From NCBI GenBank assembly GCA_964247055.1, contig OZ176057.1:5456001-5520000 (forward strand): a stretch of 64,000 nucleotides of DNA, in the 5' to 3' direction. The position numbers and the translations under genes are program-made. This document shows positions 1 to 11,550 of the stretch, in pieces (position 1 is the first letter of the stretch; each line of letters starts with the position of its first letter). The stretch is from Paragordius varius (taxonomy: Eukaryota; Animalia; Nematomorpha). The notes under the pieces were generated by a model. The model saw only the letters and a program-made list of their open reading frames with translations. It was not told the origin of the DNA and did not search any database.

Positions 1-482
1 ATTTTATTAATTTACTCTACTTGTAAGAATAAATGGCTAATAATTGTTACATATTTCTACGAATTTTTTTAAATTTATTTTTTCGATAAAGGAAGTTAAC
101 CTAAAAAGGTTAACACATGTTACCATTTTTATTGAGGAGTTTTCTCGATTAATTATAATTTTTTTAATTTACTCTACTTGTACAAATAGATGGCTTATAA
201 TTTAACATAATTTTATTTTTCTTTTGGAAACTTAAATAATTTTTTCGATATAGGAAGTTAACCTAAAAAGGTGAACACATGTTACCATTTATATTGAGTA
301 TTTTTTCTGGAAATTTTTAACAATGTCTAGATTTTTTTAATTTACTCTACTTGTAAGAATTAATGGCAATAATTATTACATATTTTTAGCAATTTTTAAT
401 CTTGTAAACTTTTAAATTTTATTATTTTTTGTTAAGGGAAGTTTAACTAAAAAGTTTAACACATGTTACCATTTATATTGAG
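1..482 (+). repeat. Three degenerate tandem repeats of about 150-170 bp (also about 31810-32320)
   Basis: tttactctacttgta...ggaagttaacctaaaaaggttaacacatgttaccattt(t)attgag recurs three times. Confidence 0.85.
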
Positions 483-739
483 GCGTATATTATAGCAGCA
501 CTGCAAGTATCCACCTAAAGAAGAACCAAATAAATGTCTATTTATTACATTATTTATATTGAATTGGTGAATAGTTTTTTATTCTTGGAAATTGTTTCTG
601 TTTTGTTTAATTTTGTTTCAGCGTGTTGAATAATAATTTTCTTTACCTAAGAAAATCAATTTATACTTGTTAAATATAAAATATTTTAGAAATGAATTTC
701 TTTATTTAAAAAATCACCAGAATTAAAAAATTTTGAAAA

Positions 740-2335
740 AAAATAAATAAAAATTATTTGAAATGCTAAATCTTATGAAGTTGTTAAGAATGTTCAAAAG
801 TGTTAAAAAATTTCTAAAAACAATTTTCGAAAACTCTTGTAAACCCAATTTTTTACTCTAAAATGGCTCTAAAATTCTTTTAAAAATAAAAGAATGTTAA
901 AAAGTATTAAAACTTCCTAATCTAATATCCCTAATATTTCTTGAAACGAAGTCCTGAACTTAAAAAAGCGGTAAAATTCCTTAAATTTTTTTAGCGCTAA
1001 ATTTTTAACTTCTAGAAAAGCAGTAAAATGACTAAAAACCGGTAGGATTATTTAAGAACTTTTTTCAAAGGCAAAAATTACCTAAAGATTTAAAAAATGG
1101 CAAATAATCTTTTAAAAAAACGCTAAAATTCTTCCTAAGGTCAAAAATGCCAAAATTCTTTAAAAAAGCGTAAATTTTATTTTTAAATTTACAAACTGCG
1201 AAAATTTCCTAAAAAACCGATATTTATCGTTAAAAACCGCTAAAATTCTAAAAAGGCTAAAACTCTTTATTATTCGCAAAGGACAAAAATTACTTTTAAT
1301 TCTAAAGCAGTAAAAATCTTTAGACTAATATCTCTAAAAATCATCTGAAGAGGCTAATTTTCCAAAACCTATTAGACTCCTTTAAAAAATTATGATTTTT
1401 TAAATCTAATAAACAAGCGATGAAATTTAAAAACAGCCTAAAACTCTAGAAAACGCCGAATCTTTAAATTTTAAAATTTTTTAAAAATGGCAATTTCATT
1501 TTTAAATTTTATAATTTTTTAAAAACCATTTAAATTCTTTGAAAAGCGATATTTAATTGTTCATTTCTCTAAAAAAAGTAGAAAATTGCTTTAAATTCGC
1601 TAAAATGGCTGAAATTGTTTAACAACCGCTAAAACATTCTAAAAATCGTTAAAATTTTCTAAAACTCCTTAAAAACCGCTAAAACACTTTAAAACTCGCT
1701 AAAAACTCTTTAAGAAGCGCTAGAATTTTTAAAAATTGCTAAAAAAAATTTTAATTAAAAAAACGCGCTGAAATTCGCTAAAAATTGCTAAATTTTTTAA
1801 ATCCGCTCAAAATCTCTTAAACAACCGCTAAAATTGTTTAAACAAGCATAAATATTCTTTTTAAATCCAAAAAATCGCTTGAAATTTCCTAAAAACCGCT
1901 AAAATTTTCCAAAAACCGCTAAAACTATCTAAAAAGTCTATTTCTTTAAAATTATTCTTAAAACCGCTAAAATTTTTAGAAAAATTGATAAAACTCCTTT
2001 TAAATCAAAAAAATGTGCTTGTATTTTTTAAAACCGCTGAAATTCTCTAAAAATCGCTAAAATTTTTTAAAAAACGTAAAAATGTTCTTTTAAAATCGCT
2101 AAAATTATTAAATAATCGGTAAAATTCTTTAAAAAAGCCTAAATATCCTTTTTAAATCAAAAAATGCGCTGAAATTCTCTAAAAATTGCTAAAATTTCCT
2201 TAAAACCGCTAAATCTTTCTAAAAACCGATAAAATGTTTAAACAAGCGTAAATATTCCTTGTAAATCAAAAATGCACTGAAAATGCTTAACAATCGCTAA
2301 AACTTTCTAAAAACGGCCTAAATTTTTTTAAAACT
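740..2335 (+). repeat. Degenerate A-tract proto-satellite (aaaa(a/t)cgctaaaa variants); copy at about 32580-34175
   Basis: Irregular repeats of ccgctaaaa/tcgctaaaa separated by A/T tracts. Confidence 0.8.
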
Positions 2336-2700
2336 TACAGTTGTTTTTATTAATCATATGTTTTAATTAATTAATCAGTTGTTTTAACTAATCAGTTGTT
2401 TTAAGTAATCAGTGTTCTTAATTAATCAGTTGTTTTAATTAATCAGTTGTTTTAATTAATCAGTTGTTTTAATTAATCAGTTGTTTTAATTAATCAGCTG
2501 TTTTAATTAATCAGTTGTTTTAATTAATCAGTTGTTTTAATTAATCAGTTGTTTTAAGTAATCAGTGTTCTTAATTAATCAGTTGTTTTAATTAATCAGT
2601 TTTAATTAATCAGTTGTTTTAATTTATCAGTATTTATTAACTTATTAATCATTTTATTAATCATTTGTTATTATTATGTGATTTTATTCATAAGTTGTTT
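2336..2700 (+). repeat. 17-bp satellite AATCAGTTGTTTTAATT; copy at about 34175-34540
   Basis: Direct tandem units visible. Confidence 0.95.
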
Positions 2701-5250
2701 CATCTAAAAACCGCCAAAGCTATCTAGAAAGTCTATTTCTCAAAAAATATTCTAAAAACGGGAATTTAAAAACCGTTAAAATTATCTAAAAACCCTAAAA
2801 CTTTAAAAACTGCTAAAATTTATAAAAAATCGCCAAAATTCCTTTTAAATGAAAAAACTGCTAAAACTATCTAAAAACCGTTAAAACTTTCTAAAAAAGT
2901 CGATTATTTTGTTGTCAAAATTATTAAAACTAATAAAAAACCGCTAAAATTATTTAACCTTTAATACTCTAAAAACCGCTAAAACTATTTAAAAACCGCT
3001 AAAACTTTTTAAAAACCGCTGAAACTTTTTAAAAACCGCTAAAACATTCTAAAAACTCCTAAAACTTTCTATAAGCCGCTAAAACTTTTTAAAAATTGGT
3101 AAAACTTCCAAAAACCGGTAAAACAATTTTCAAACCGCTAAAACAATTTTAAAACCGCTAAAACTTTATAAAAACCGCTAAAACTTTATAAAAACCGCTA
3201 AAACCTTCTAAAACTATCTAAAAAGTCTATTTCTTTAAAAATATTTTCAAAACCGCTAAAACTACCTAAAAACCGGTAAAACTACCTAAAAACCTCTAAA
3301 ACTACCTAAAAACCTCTAAAACTACCTAAAAACCGCTAAAACTACCTCAAAACCGCTAAAACTTCCTAAAGACCGCTAACTAAAACTATCTAAAAACCGT
3401 TAAAAATATCTAAAAAGTCTATTTCTTTATAATTATTTTCAAAACCGCTAAAATTATTTTTAAAATCGCTAAAACTTCCTAAAAACCGCTAAAACTATTT
3501 TAAAACCGCTAAAACTTCCTAAAAACCGCTAAAACTTTCTCAAAACTAAAACTTTTTAAAAACCGCTAAAACTTTTTAAAAACCGCTAAAACTTTTTCAA
3601 AACCGCTAAAACTTTCTCAAAAATGTTAAAACTTTCTCATAAACGCTATAAACTTTCTCATAAACGCTATAAACTTTCTAAAAACCGCTAAAACTTTCTC
3701 ATAACCGCTAAAACTTTTTAAAAACCGCTAAAACTTTCTCAAAACCACTAAACCCTTTTTAAAACCGCTAAACCCTTTTTAAAACCGCTAAAACTTTCTA
3801 AAAACCGCTCTTTCTAAAAACCGCTAAAACTTTCTAAAAACTCCTAAAACTTTCTATAAGCCGCTAAAACTTTTTCAAAACCGCTAAAACTTTCTCAAAA
3901 ATGTTAAAACTTTCTCATAAACGCTATAAACTTTCTCATAAACGCTATAAACTTTCTAAAAACCGCTAAAACTTTCTCATAACCGCTAAAACTTTTTAAA
4001 AACCGCTAAAACTTTCTCAAAACCACTAAACCCTTTTTAAAACCGCTAAACCCTTTTTAAAACCGCTAAAACTTTCTAAAAACCGCTATAACTTTCTAAA
4101 AACCGCTAAAACTTTCTCAAAACTGTTAAAACTTTCTCAAAAATGTTAAAACTTTCTTATAACCGCTAAAACCTTTTTAAAAACCGCTAAAACTTTCTCA
4201 AAACCGCTAAAACTTTTTAAAAACCGCTAAAACTTTATAAAAATTGCTAAAACTACCTAAAAACCGCTAAAACTTTCAAAAACCGATAAAACTTTTTAAA
4301 AACCGCTAAAACTTTTTAAAAACCGCTAAAACTTTTTAAAAACCGCTAAAACTTTCTCAAAACCGCTAAAACTTTCTTATAACCGCTAAAACCTTTTTAA
4401 AAACCGCTAAAACTTTCTCATAACCGCTAAAACCTTTTTAAAAACCGCTAAAACCTTTTTAAAAACCGCTAAAACTTTCTCATAACCGCTAAAACCTTTT
4501 TAAAAACCGCTAAAACTACCTAAAAACCGCTAAAACTACCTAAAAACCGCAAAAATTTCTCAAAACTGTTAAAACTTTCTCAAAACTGTTAAAACTTTCT
4601 CAAAACTGTTAAAACTTTCTCATAACCGCTAAAACCTTTTTTTTAAACCGCTAAGCTTTTTAAACCGCTAAAACTATTTTAAAACCACCAAAACTATTTT
4701 AAAAGCGCTAAAACTATCTATATTTCTTTAAAATTATTATCAAAACCGCTAAAACTTCCTAAAAACAGTAAAATTTTTAGAAAAATCGCTAAAATTCCTT
4801 TTAAATCAAAAAATTGCGCCTAATTATTAACCGCTAAAACTATTTAAAACCCTTAAAACTATCCAAAAATCTATTTCTTTAAAATTATTTTCAAAACCGC
4901 TAAAATTATTCTTAAAACCGTTAAAAATTTCTAAAAACCGCTAAAATTATCTAAAAATCTTTAAAACTTTTTAAAAAAGTTTATTACTTAAAATATTCTC
5001 AAAACCGCTAAAATTATATAAAACCGCTAACTAACGCTAAAATTTTCTAACGCTAAAATTAAAGTATGCGCTAAAAATTTCTGTGCTCTCTAATAAAATT
5101 CATTAAAAAAGCTTAAATATTCTTTTTAAAAATTGCTAAAAAACCGCTGATTACTTTAAAAACCGCTAAAATTGTTTAAACAAACGTAAATATTCTTTTT
5201 TAATCAAGAAATGCTCTGAAATTTTTAACAACCAAGTGCTAAAATAAAAT
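2700..5250 (+). repeat. 20-bp satellite AAAAACCGCTAAAACTTT(C/T)T; longer copy at about 34540-37525
   Basis: Tandem 19-20 bp units with a higher-order duplication of about 277 bp (3601-3810 vs 3878-4085). Confidence 0.95.
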
Positions 5251-5259
5251 CGGAAATAA

Positions 5260-6290
5260 ATATTTTTATTAATCAGCTGTTTTAATTAATTATTTGTTTT
5301 TCATTTGTTAATTAATCATTTGTTTTTAATCATTAATCAGCTGTTTTATTTAATTATATGTTTGTATAAATCAGTTGGTTTAATTAATCAGCTGTTTTAA
5401 TTAATCATTTGTTACTACAAATCAGTTGTTTTAATTATTGATTTGTTTTAATTAATGATTTGTTTTAAATCATTTGTTTTTATAATTCAGTTGTTTTAAT
5501 ATTCATTTGTTTTTATAATTCAGTTGTTTTAATATTCATTTGTTTTGTAAATCAGTTAATCAGTTGTTTTTATAAATCGGTTGGTTTAATTAATCAGTAT
5601 TTTAATAAATTTGTTTTTATAAATTAGTTGGTTTAATTTATCAGCTGTTTTAATTAATCAGTTTTTTTAATTAATTATTTGTTTTTATAAATCAGCTGTT
5701 TTTTTATTAATCAGTTGTTTTTAAATCTGATTAAATTTATCAGTTATAAATCAGTTGTTTTAATTAATGATTTGTTTATAAATCGGTTGGTTTAATTAAT
5801 CAGTATATTAATAAAACATTTCTTTAATAGTCAGATTTTTTTAAATACTCAGCTGTTAATATTAATCAGCTGTTTTAATTATAATCATTTGTTTTTTGTT
5901 AATCAGTTGTTTCAATTAATCAGTTGTTTTAATTAATCAGTTGTTTATTAATCAATTGTTTATTAATCAGTTGTTTTAATTATTCAGTTGTTTTAATTAT
6001 TCAGTTGTTTTGATTATTCAGTTGTTTTGATTATTCAGTTGTTTTAATTAATCAGTTTTTTCAATTAATCAGTTTTTTCAATTAATCAGTTTTTTCTATA
6101 TAAATCATTTCTTAATAATCAGATTTTTTAATAATCAGCTGTTTAAATATATCAGTGTTTTAATTATAATCATTTGTTTTTGATTATCAGTTGTTTTTAT
6201 TATTCAGTTGTTTCAATCATTTGGTTTTATTATTCATTTGTTTTTATTAATCAGTTTTTATTATTATGTTTATTTCATTAATAATTTGTC
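5260..6290 (+). repeat. Degenerate 17-bp satellite block; copy at about 37535-38560
   Basis: aatcagttgttt and aatcatttgttt units. Confidence 0.9.
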
Positions 6291-6294
6291 TATC

Positions 6295-7020
6295 TAAAAA
6301 CCGCTAAAACTATCTAAAAACCGTTAAAATTATCTAAAAGCTCTATTTCTTTAAAAATATTTGAAAACCGCTAAAACTATTTTTAAAACCACTAAAACTT
6401 CCTAAAAACCGCTAAAACTTCTTAAAAACCGCTAAAACTTCTTAAAAACCGCTAAAACTTCTTAAAAACCGCTAAAACTTCTTAAAAACCGCTAAAACTT
6501 CTTAAAAACCGCTAAAACTTCTTAAAAACCGCTAAAACTTCTTAAAAACCGCTAAAACTTCTTAAAAACCGCTAAAACTTCTTAAAAACCGCTAAAACTT
6601 CTTAAAAACCGCTAAAACTTCTTAAAAACCGCTAAAACTTCTTAAAAACCGCTAAAACTTCTTAAAAACCGCTAAAACTTCTTAAAAACCGCTAAAACTT
6701 TTTCAAAACCGCTAAAACTTTTTCAAAACCGTTAAAACTATTTTAAAAACGAAACTTTCTAAACACTGAAATTTTCTAAAACTGCTAAAACTTTCTAAAA
6801 ATTGCTAAAATTATTTAAAAACCGCTAAAACTTCCTAAAAACTGCTAAAACTTCCTAAAAATTCTTTTTAAATTAAAAAATGCGTTGAAATTCTTTAAAA
6901 ATTGCTAAAATTTTATTAAAACCGCTAAATATATCTAAAATCTGTTAAAAATGTCTAAAAACCGCTAAAACTCTTTAAAAAGCGTAAATTTAAATCAAAA
7001 ACCGCTAAAATTGTCTAAAA
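6295..7020 (+). repeat. 20-bp satellite with a perfectly homogeneous core; copy at about 38570-39315
   Basis: 14 identical CTTAAAAACCGCTAAAACTT units at 6421-6700; 15 units in copy 2. Confidence 0.95.
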
Positions 7021-7148
7021 AATGTAATTTTTTTTTCTGCAAACATATGCCACCCTTTTTATATAAATTATATTATTTTAACCAATTAGCCATTTCAAAT
7101 AATTTTATTTCAATCAATATATTGTAACATACTAATTTTTTTGTTTAG

Positions 7149-7239
7149 AATGTGTTGTCTTACAGAAGTACGAAGGATTTCTTTGGCCTACTGCCCAACA
7201 AAATTGATGCAAAAAATATCTAGAATGTTTCGGAATTGG
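7149..7239 (+). other. Exon-like segment, AG|AATGTGTTG family (copies 39442-39532, 60887-60977)
   Basis: Poly-T+AG acceptor, 91-nt GC-richer body, GG|GTAATT donor. No reading frame is open in all copies. Confidence 0.55.
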
Positions 7240-7574
7240 GTAATTATTATTTTATATTTTGAATTATTATTCAAGTGTTTTCGTTAATAATTGTTTTCTT
7301 TTATAAATTCTGTATAAATCATTTTTATCATAATCAACTTTTTTTATGTAATTAGCATTTATCATCTGTTTATTAGTTGTTTTAATTAATCAATTGTTTT
7401 TAGTTTTAAAATTGGCTAGCTTGAGATATTCTAAAGATATTTTTTTTAAAAAGAATATGTAGAGTATATAGAATATAAGTTTATAATTATCTATCGTTTG
7501 TAAAAATTTTTTATTTATTATTGTTACGTAATATTTAATCATCAATTATTACATTTTTCTTTAATTTACTGTAG

Positions 7575-7657
7575 AATGTGTTGTTTATGTAATCAGCAGC
7601 CCGAAACGTAAACGAGGTCTATTGAAAAAGCGTAATTGAAAATTATGGATGAACTTG
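7575..7657 (+). other. Exon-like segment, AG|AATGTGTTG family (copies 39868-39950, 61273-61355)
   Basis: ctgtAG|AATGTGTTG acceptor, 83 nt, TG|GTAATT donor; stop codons in all frames. Confidence 0.5.
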
Positions 7658-8232
7658 GTAATTAATTATATTTAAATTAAATTTTAGAACAGATTTATTA
7701 CTAGTTTTTCAACTTTACATTTTTTTCTTAAATTAAATAATTTTTTTATTAAAATTGATGAGTCGATTTTTAATGCTCTTTAATTAAAGAAAATAATTGA
7801 TTTAATTAATCATTTTTTTAATAAATTAACTATTTATAATAAACTTTTGATTTAAAACAAATTATTTTTATTAAGATATATATAATATTGTTCCTTTAAC
7901 GCAAAATAACAAAATATCACTTTTTTAACATACTTCATGATTTTGTTAAATAACCATTTTTCTTGATCAGCTGTTTTTTGAATTTGATAGTTATAATTAT
8001 TAAATAGTTTCAATATATTTATTTTTTTAAATCATTATTAGTATTTGACTTTATATTTTATTTTATTTTTAGGAAACAATATAGTATCCACTTTATTGCT
8101 GCCATACCAATTAAACTATTTACGTATATATTTTTAGTTACTTTTTACGTTATTAATAACCAATTGTCTAAATATTTTTTATTTTTTCCTTATTAAATCA
8201 GTTGTTTTAATTAATCAGGTTTAAAGCACTTT

Positions 8233-8349
8233 AAGGGCTTCGAGTTTGTGGGCTAGGGATAGGGAGATGGATTTGAGTTGATTCATTTTTTTAAAGAAGT
8301 CCGCAAGACTTGCTCGGGCTACGAAGCAGACCCGAGACCCACGCATTTC
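8233..8349 (-). mobile_element. 115-bp double-hairpin/telomere-like dispersed element, variant (copy 40526-40642)
   Basis: Reverse complement of the 27581 consensus with a degenerate G-tract. Confidence 0.75.
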
Positions 8350-8739
8350 TCTTCTATAAATTTATATAACCTTTTTTCTGACTTTTCTCTTCTCACAAGA
8401 AAATGCTCTCTTGATTAAGATTTTTGAATTTTAGAAAACTCTTTTTAAACTACATTTATGGTTTCTAGTTTAAATTTAGGGTCAGGTTCTTAAAGAAGTC
8501 CGCAAATTAATTTATATATTGGTTGTTTGAGGTATTTACGCAAAAACCTCTGACATAGACAGTAGATTTCAACTTTTCATTTTTTAGGAAAAATTTCATA
8601 TAATTCTTTTGATATATATATTAGGATTAAAGTATCACGTGTTTTTGGTGTAATATGAGTTACCGCTAATACTCGTGAATAAATCTTTATCTCATTTCTT
8701 ATAACCCTTTAAAGCTGTTATTATAGTTTTTGGGTTTTT

Positions 8740-8847
8740 AGAGTTTGTGGGCTAGGGTTAGGGTGAGGGATTGGAGTTGGTTCATTTTCTTAAAGAAGTC
8801 CGCAGGACTTCCTCGGTCTGCGAAGCAGGCCGAGACCCACGCGTTTC
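8740..8847 (-). mobile_element. 115-bp element, canonical (copy 41033-41140); degenerate ends follow at about 9050, 9360 and 9590
   Basis: GGGCTAGGGTTAGGGTGAGGG at 8749-8769 followed by both hairpins. Confidence 0.8.
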
Positions 8848-9979
8848 TTTTTAAATTAAATCTTTGTCTCTGAATTTTGTAGCTTTTGATTCATTTCAAG
8901 GAAGGATATTCTTTTTTTCCTATTGTTTAATTTTACACCATTTTATCTAAAAACTTAAACATTATCTGAATTTTATTTGACCGCAAACTTTTTAATGCAC
9001 TGATCAACGCTATTTTTATTGCGGTGTTTCGTTGATAGAATATTAAAGGATTTCGAGTTTATGGGCTGGGCTTATGTAAATCAAAGCAATTCTTTATTTT
9101 TTAATGGTTTTAAAATTGCAATATAAAGCTAAATTTGGGTTTTAATTATGGAAGTAAACTGCTAATTTGTAAAGTAACCACAAAAATTTATATTTAAAGT
9201 AGAATAGTTTGAAAGCGATTTTTTTATTAGGACGGTTAATTAAATTCAGAAACAAACAACCAGAAAACAAAATGACTCAACTTTTTTCGCTAGAAAATTT
9301 TCAGTGTTATATTTGCAGTGTTTGATCATATGATTTTGGCTGATCGAAATTAAAGGCTTTCAAGTTTGGGTTGGCCTTAGCTAAAGTAAAGGAATTTTTA
9401 ATAAGTTGCGTATCCTTATTCCATTCCTTAGGTTTTAATTACGGAAATAGATTTGTTAATAACTGCTAATTTGTGTAACCGCAAAATTTAAATTTGAAAG
9501 CGATTATTTTCTGTATTAGGACGTTTAAAACTCTAATTTGGCCTTTTCGTACGGGGTTTGATTAATCGACGTTGAATATTTTAAGGCGTGTTTGTGGGCT
9601 AGGGTTATGTGGAGGTTCATTTAGAGTTTTGTTGTTTTTATTAATAATTGCCGAATTTATGCTAATATTATCTAACTTCGAATCTAATAATATTTTATCA
9701 TTTTTTATACATCAGAATTGACTCAACTAGACAAGAAATAAAGCTAACTCACACAAGAATATGAAACTAATGACTTAACTACACAAGAAACAAAACATAC
9801 ACAAGAATGAATATGAAACAATCACAATGAATGAACGAATAATTTATATAATAAGATTCAATAAATGATAGTAACCTTTGATATATTGTTTTTTTTAAAA
9901 AAAATTAAAAAATATAAATAAATATATATAATACCCCCCCCCCCCCAAAGGGCGAGAAAAAAAAATTAAAAAATATTCT

Positions 9980-10041
9980 AAGTCCAAAATTTTATTTTGA
10001 GCGTCCGGGAGTAAGAGTGCTCAAAATACAATTTTGGACTT
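9980..10041. other. 62-nt hairpin (pre-miRNA size)
   Basis: aagtccaaaatt-t-tattttgagc pairs with gctcaaaata-c-aattttggactt; kept in all 3 copies. Confidence 0.8.
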
Positions 10042-10050
10042 GGGGGCCTG

Positions 10051-10243
10051 CAACAAACTCTCATTATACTTGTGGAGAGTTTTTGCGCCAACTCTCTAAT
10101 GGGGGAAATGAGCCCTCCTTCACGCGAGTGGGAAAAAACTCCAACGAGCTCATTTTCCCCACCTTTGTAAAGGAGGATTTATTCCTCCCATTAGAGAGTC
10201 ATTTGGCCCAAAAACTCTCCACAAGTATAATGAGAGTTTGTTG
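10051..10243. other. 193-nt long hairpin
   Basis: Perfect 35-bp stem (10051-10085 with 10209-10243) plus inner stems ctctctaatggg/cccattagagag, cctcctt/aaggagg and gtgggaaaa/ttttccccac. Confidence 0.9.
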
Positions 10244-11550
10244 TGCAATCATACCCAATGAGATCTTTGAGTGCGTCTTGCCATCCATCAGCTCCAGCCA
10301 CGATTTGCCTTCTCCCCATCGCCTTGTGTCAGGTATCGTGGACATTCCCAAGAGCTTGATCCCAACAGATCTCTCCTCCCCAATGTGCCAAAGCCCATCA
10401 ACACCTAAAAATTAAGATTACCTCGCAATGAGTAGGTTCCTCTTCCTGTGTCGCTCCATCAATCGTCCAGTCCCAAATCCCCAGCATTTGATCTGTCCAG
10501 GGCTTCTAGATTCCCCAATGTCCGCTTTTCTCGCGGAGTTTATCCCATTACACCTAAATTATACATTTACCTCGTAATCAGCAGGCTCTTTTCGGTTCGA
10601 TCCTTCATTCACTCACGAATCCTTGGTTGCTGGTCTTGAATCATGTCCCCATCCCTGGTTGCCATTGGAGAAGAAGGCCTAAAGCCTTCAAATTAGCTCT
10701 TCCAACCAGCCTTCCCATATAATTTTTTTTCTGATTGCAATCATAGGCGCTTATATTTCCCAATACATCCATATATGTACTCTTGTTTACCAAATTGCAA
10801 ATTACATAAACTAACAATTTTATGGACACGTAAGCTTGTCCCTAGATTTTCTTTTTAAGGAATTTTGATTTTCTTTTTTAGCTCAATTCTATGTTATATG
10901 CTCTCTTTATCTATTAAATCAGCGGAATTGGTTGGAATATGCTAATATATTTTATATGGGGTGCTATATAATTAATGTATTGTTTGCATAAATATGATAT
11001 ATTAAATTTTGCACATGGAACGCACAATTTCATTTAAATTATCTGATTATCACTAGGATTATTCCACGGAAATTTTAACCCTCTTAATAATAAAAAATTT
11101 ATGGAAATTCTTTATAAAATACATAAGAATCATGTCATTTTATATATGACTTCAAAATTTTAAAATATTCCTAAGATGTGGGATATATAATTTGCCAGAA
11201 ACACCAATTACGCTAACTCACAAGATTTTAACTTGCACAGTATATTAATAAATTTAATTTAGGTTGACGTGTGCATAGATGCTGGAAAACGATACGATCT
11301 ATCAAGGGAGATATTAACAGTACTACTCTTGTATTAACCAAAGTGTTTATACCAAATGATTTGTTATGGATCATCTGATGGTGTAATCCTACCTGTTAGA
11401 ATCACTTGGATGCTTCTTGAATGTTGATCATCTTTAATTTGAAATTTTCTAATTAACTGTTGTTTATAAAATAAATTTTTAAATGTATTTGTAATATATT
11501 TTACGTTAAATACAATTTCGCTTATATGTAAAAAATATTCGAAAAATTGT

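Larger units (their letters stand above)
9980..10850 (-). other. Unidentified GC-rich island, probably a decayed coding or mobile sequence (copies 42275-43145, 63019-63860)
   Basis: Clearly higher GC than its flanks, purine-rich on the minus strand, Trp/Gly-rich broken frames; no family recognised. Confidence 0.5.
1..11397. repeat. Segmental duplication, copy 1 (near-identical to 31839-43692)
   Basis: Position 1 aligns to 31839 (offset 31838). By eye the copies differ only in satellite and homopolymer length until the first substitution at 11398/43693. Confidence 0.95.

Noticed and set aside
2336-7020. CRISPR array
   Set aside because: The repeats are contiguous monomers with no unique spacers, there are no cas genes, and the context is eukaryotic.
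8749-8769. True telomere or interstitial telomeric array
   Set aside because: Only one exact TTAGGG among variant hexamers, always embedded in the same 115-bp element.
10017-10415. 132-aa plus-strand ORF as a real gene (also 42312, 63056)
   Set aside because: It starts at GTG, runs through a palindrome, has no recognisable motif, and its C-terminus changes frame in copy 3.
9980-10850. rRNA fragment, hammerhead ribozyme or identifiable integrase/RT in the GC island
   Set aside because: I found no rRNA signature, complete CTGATGA...GAAA core or catalytic motif by eye.
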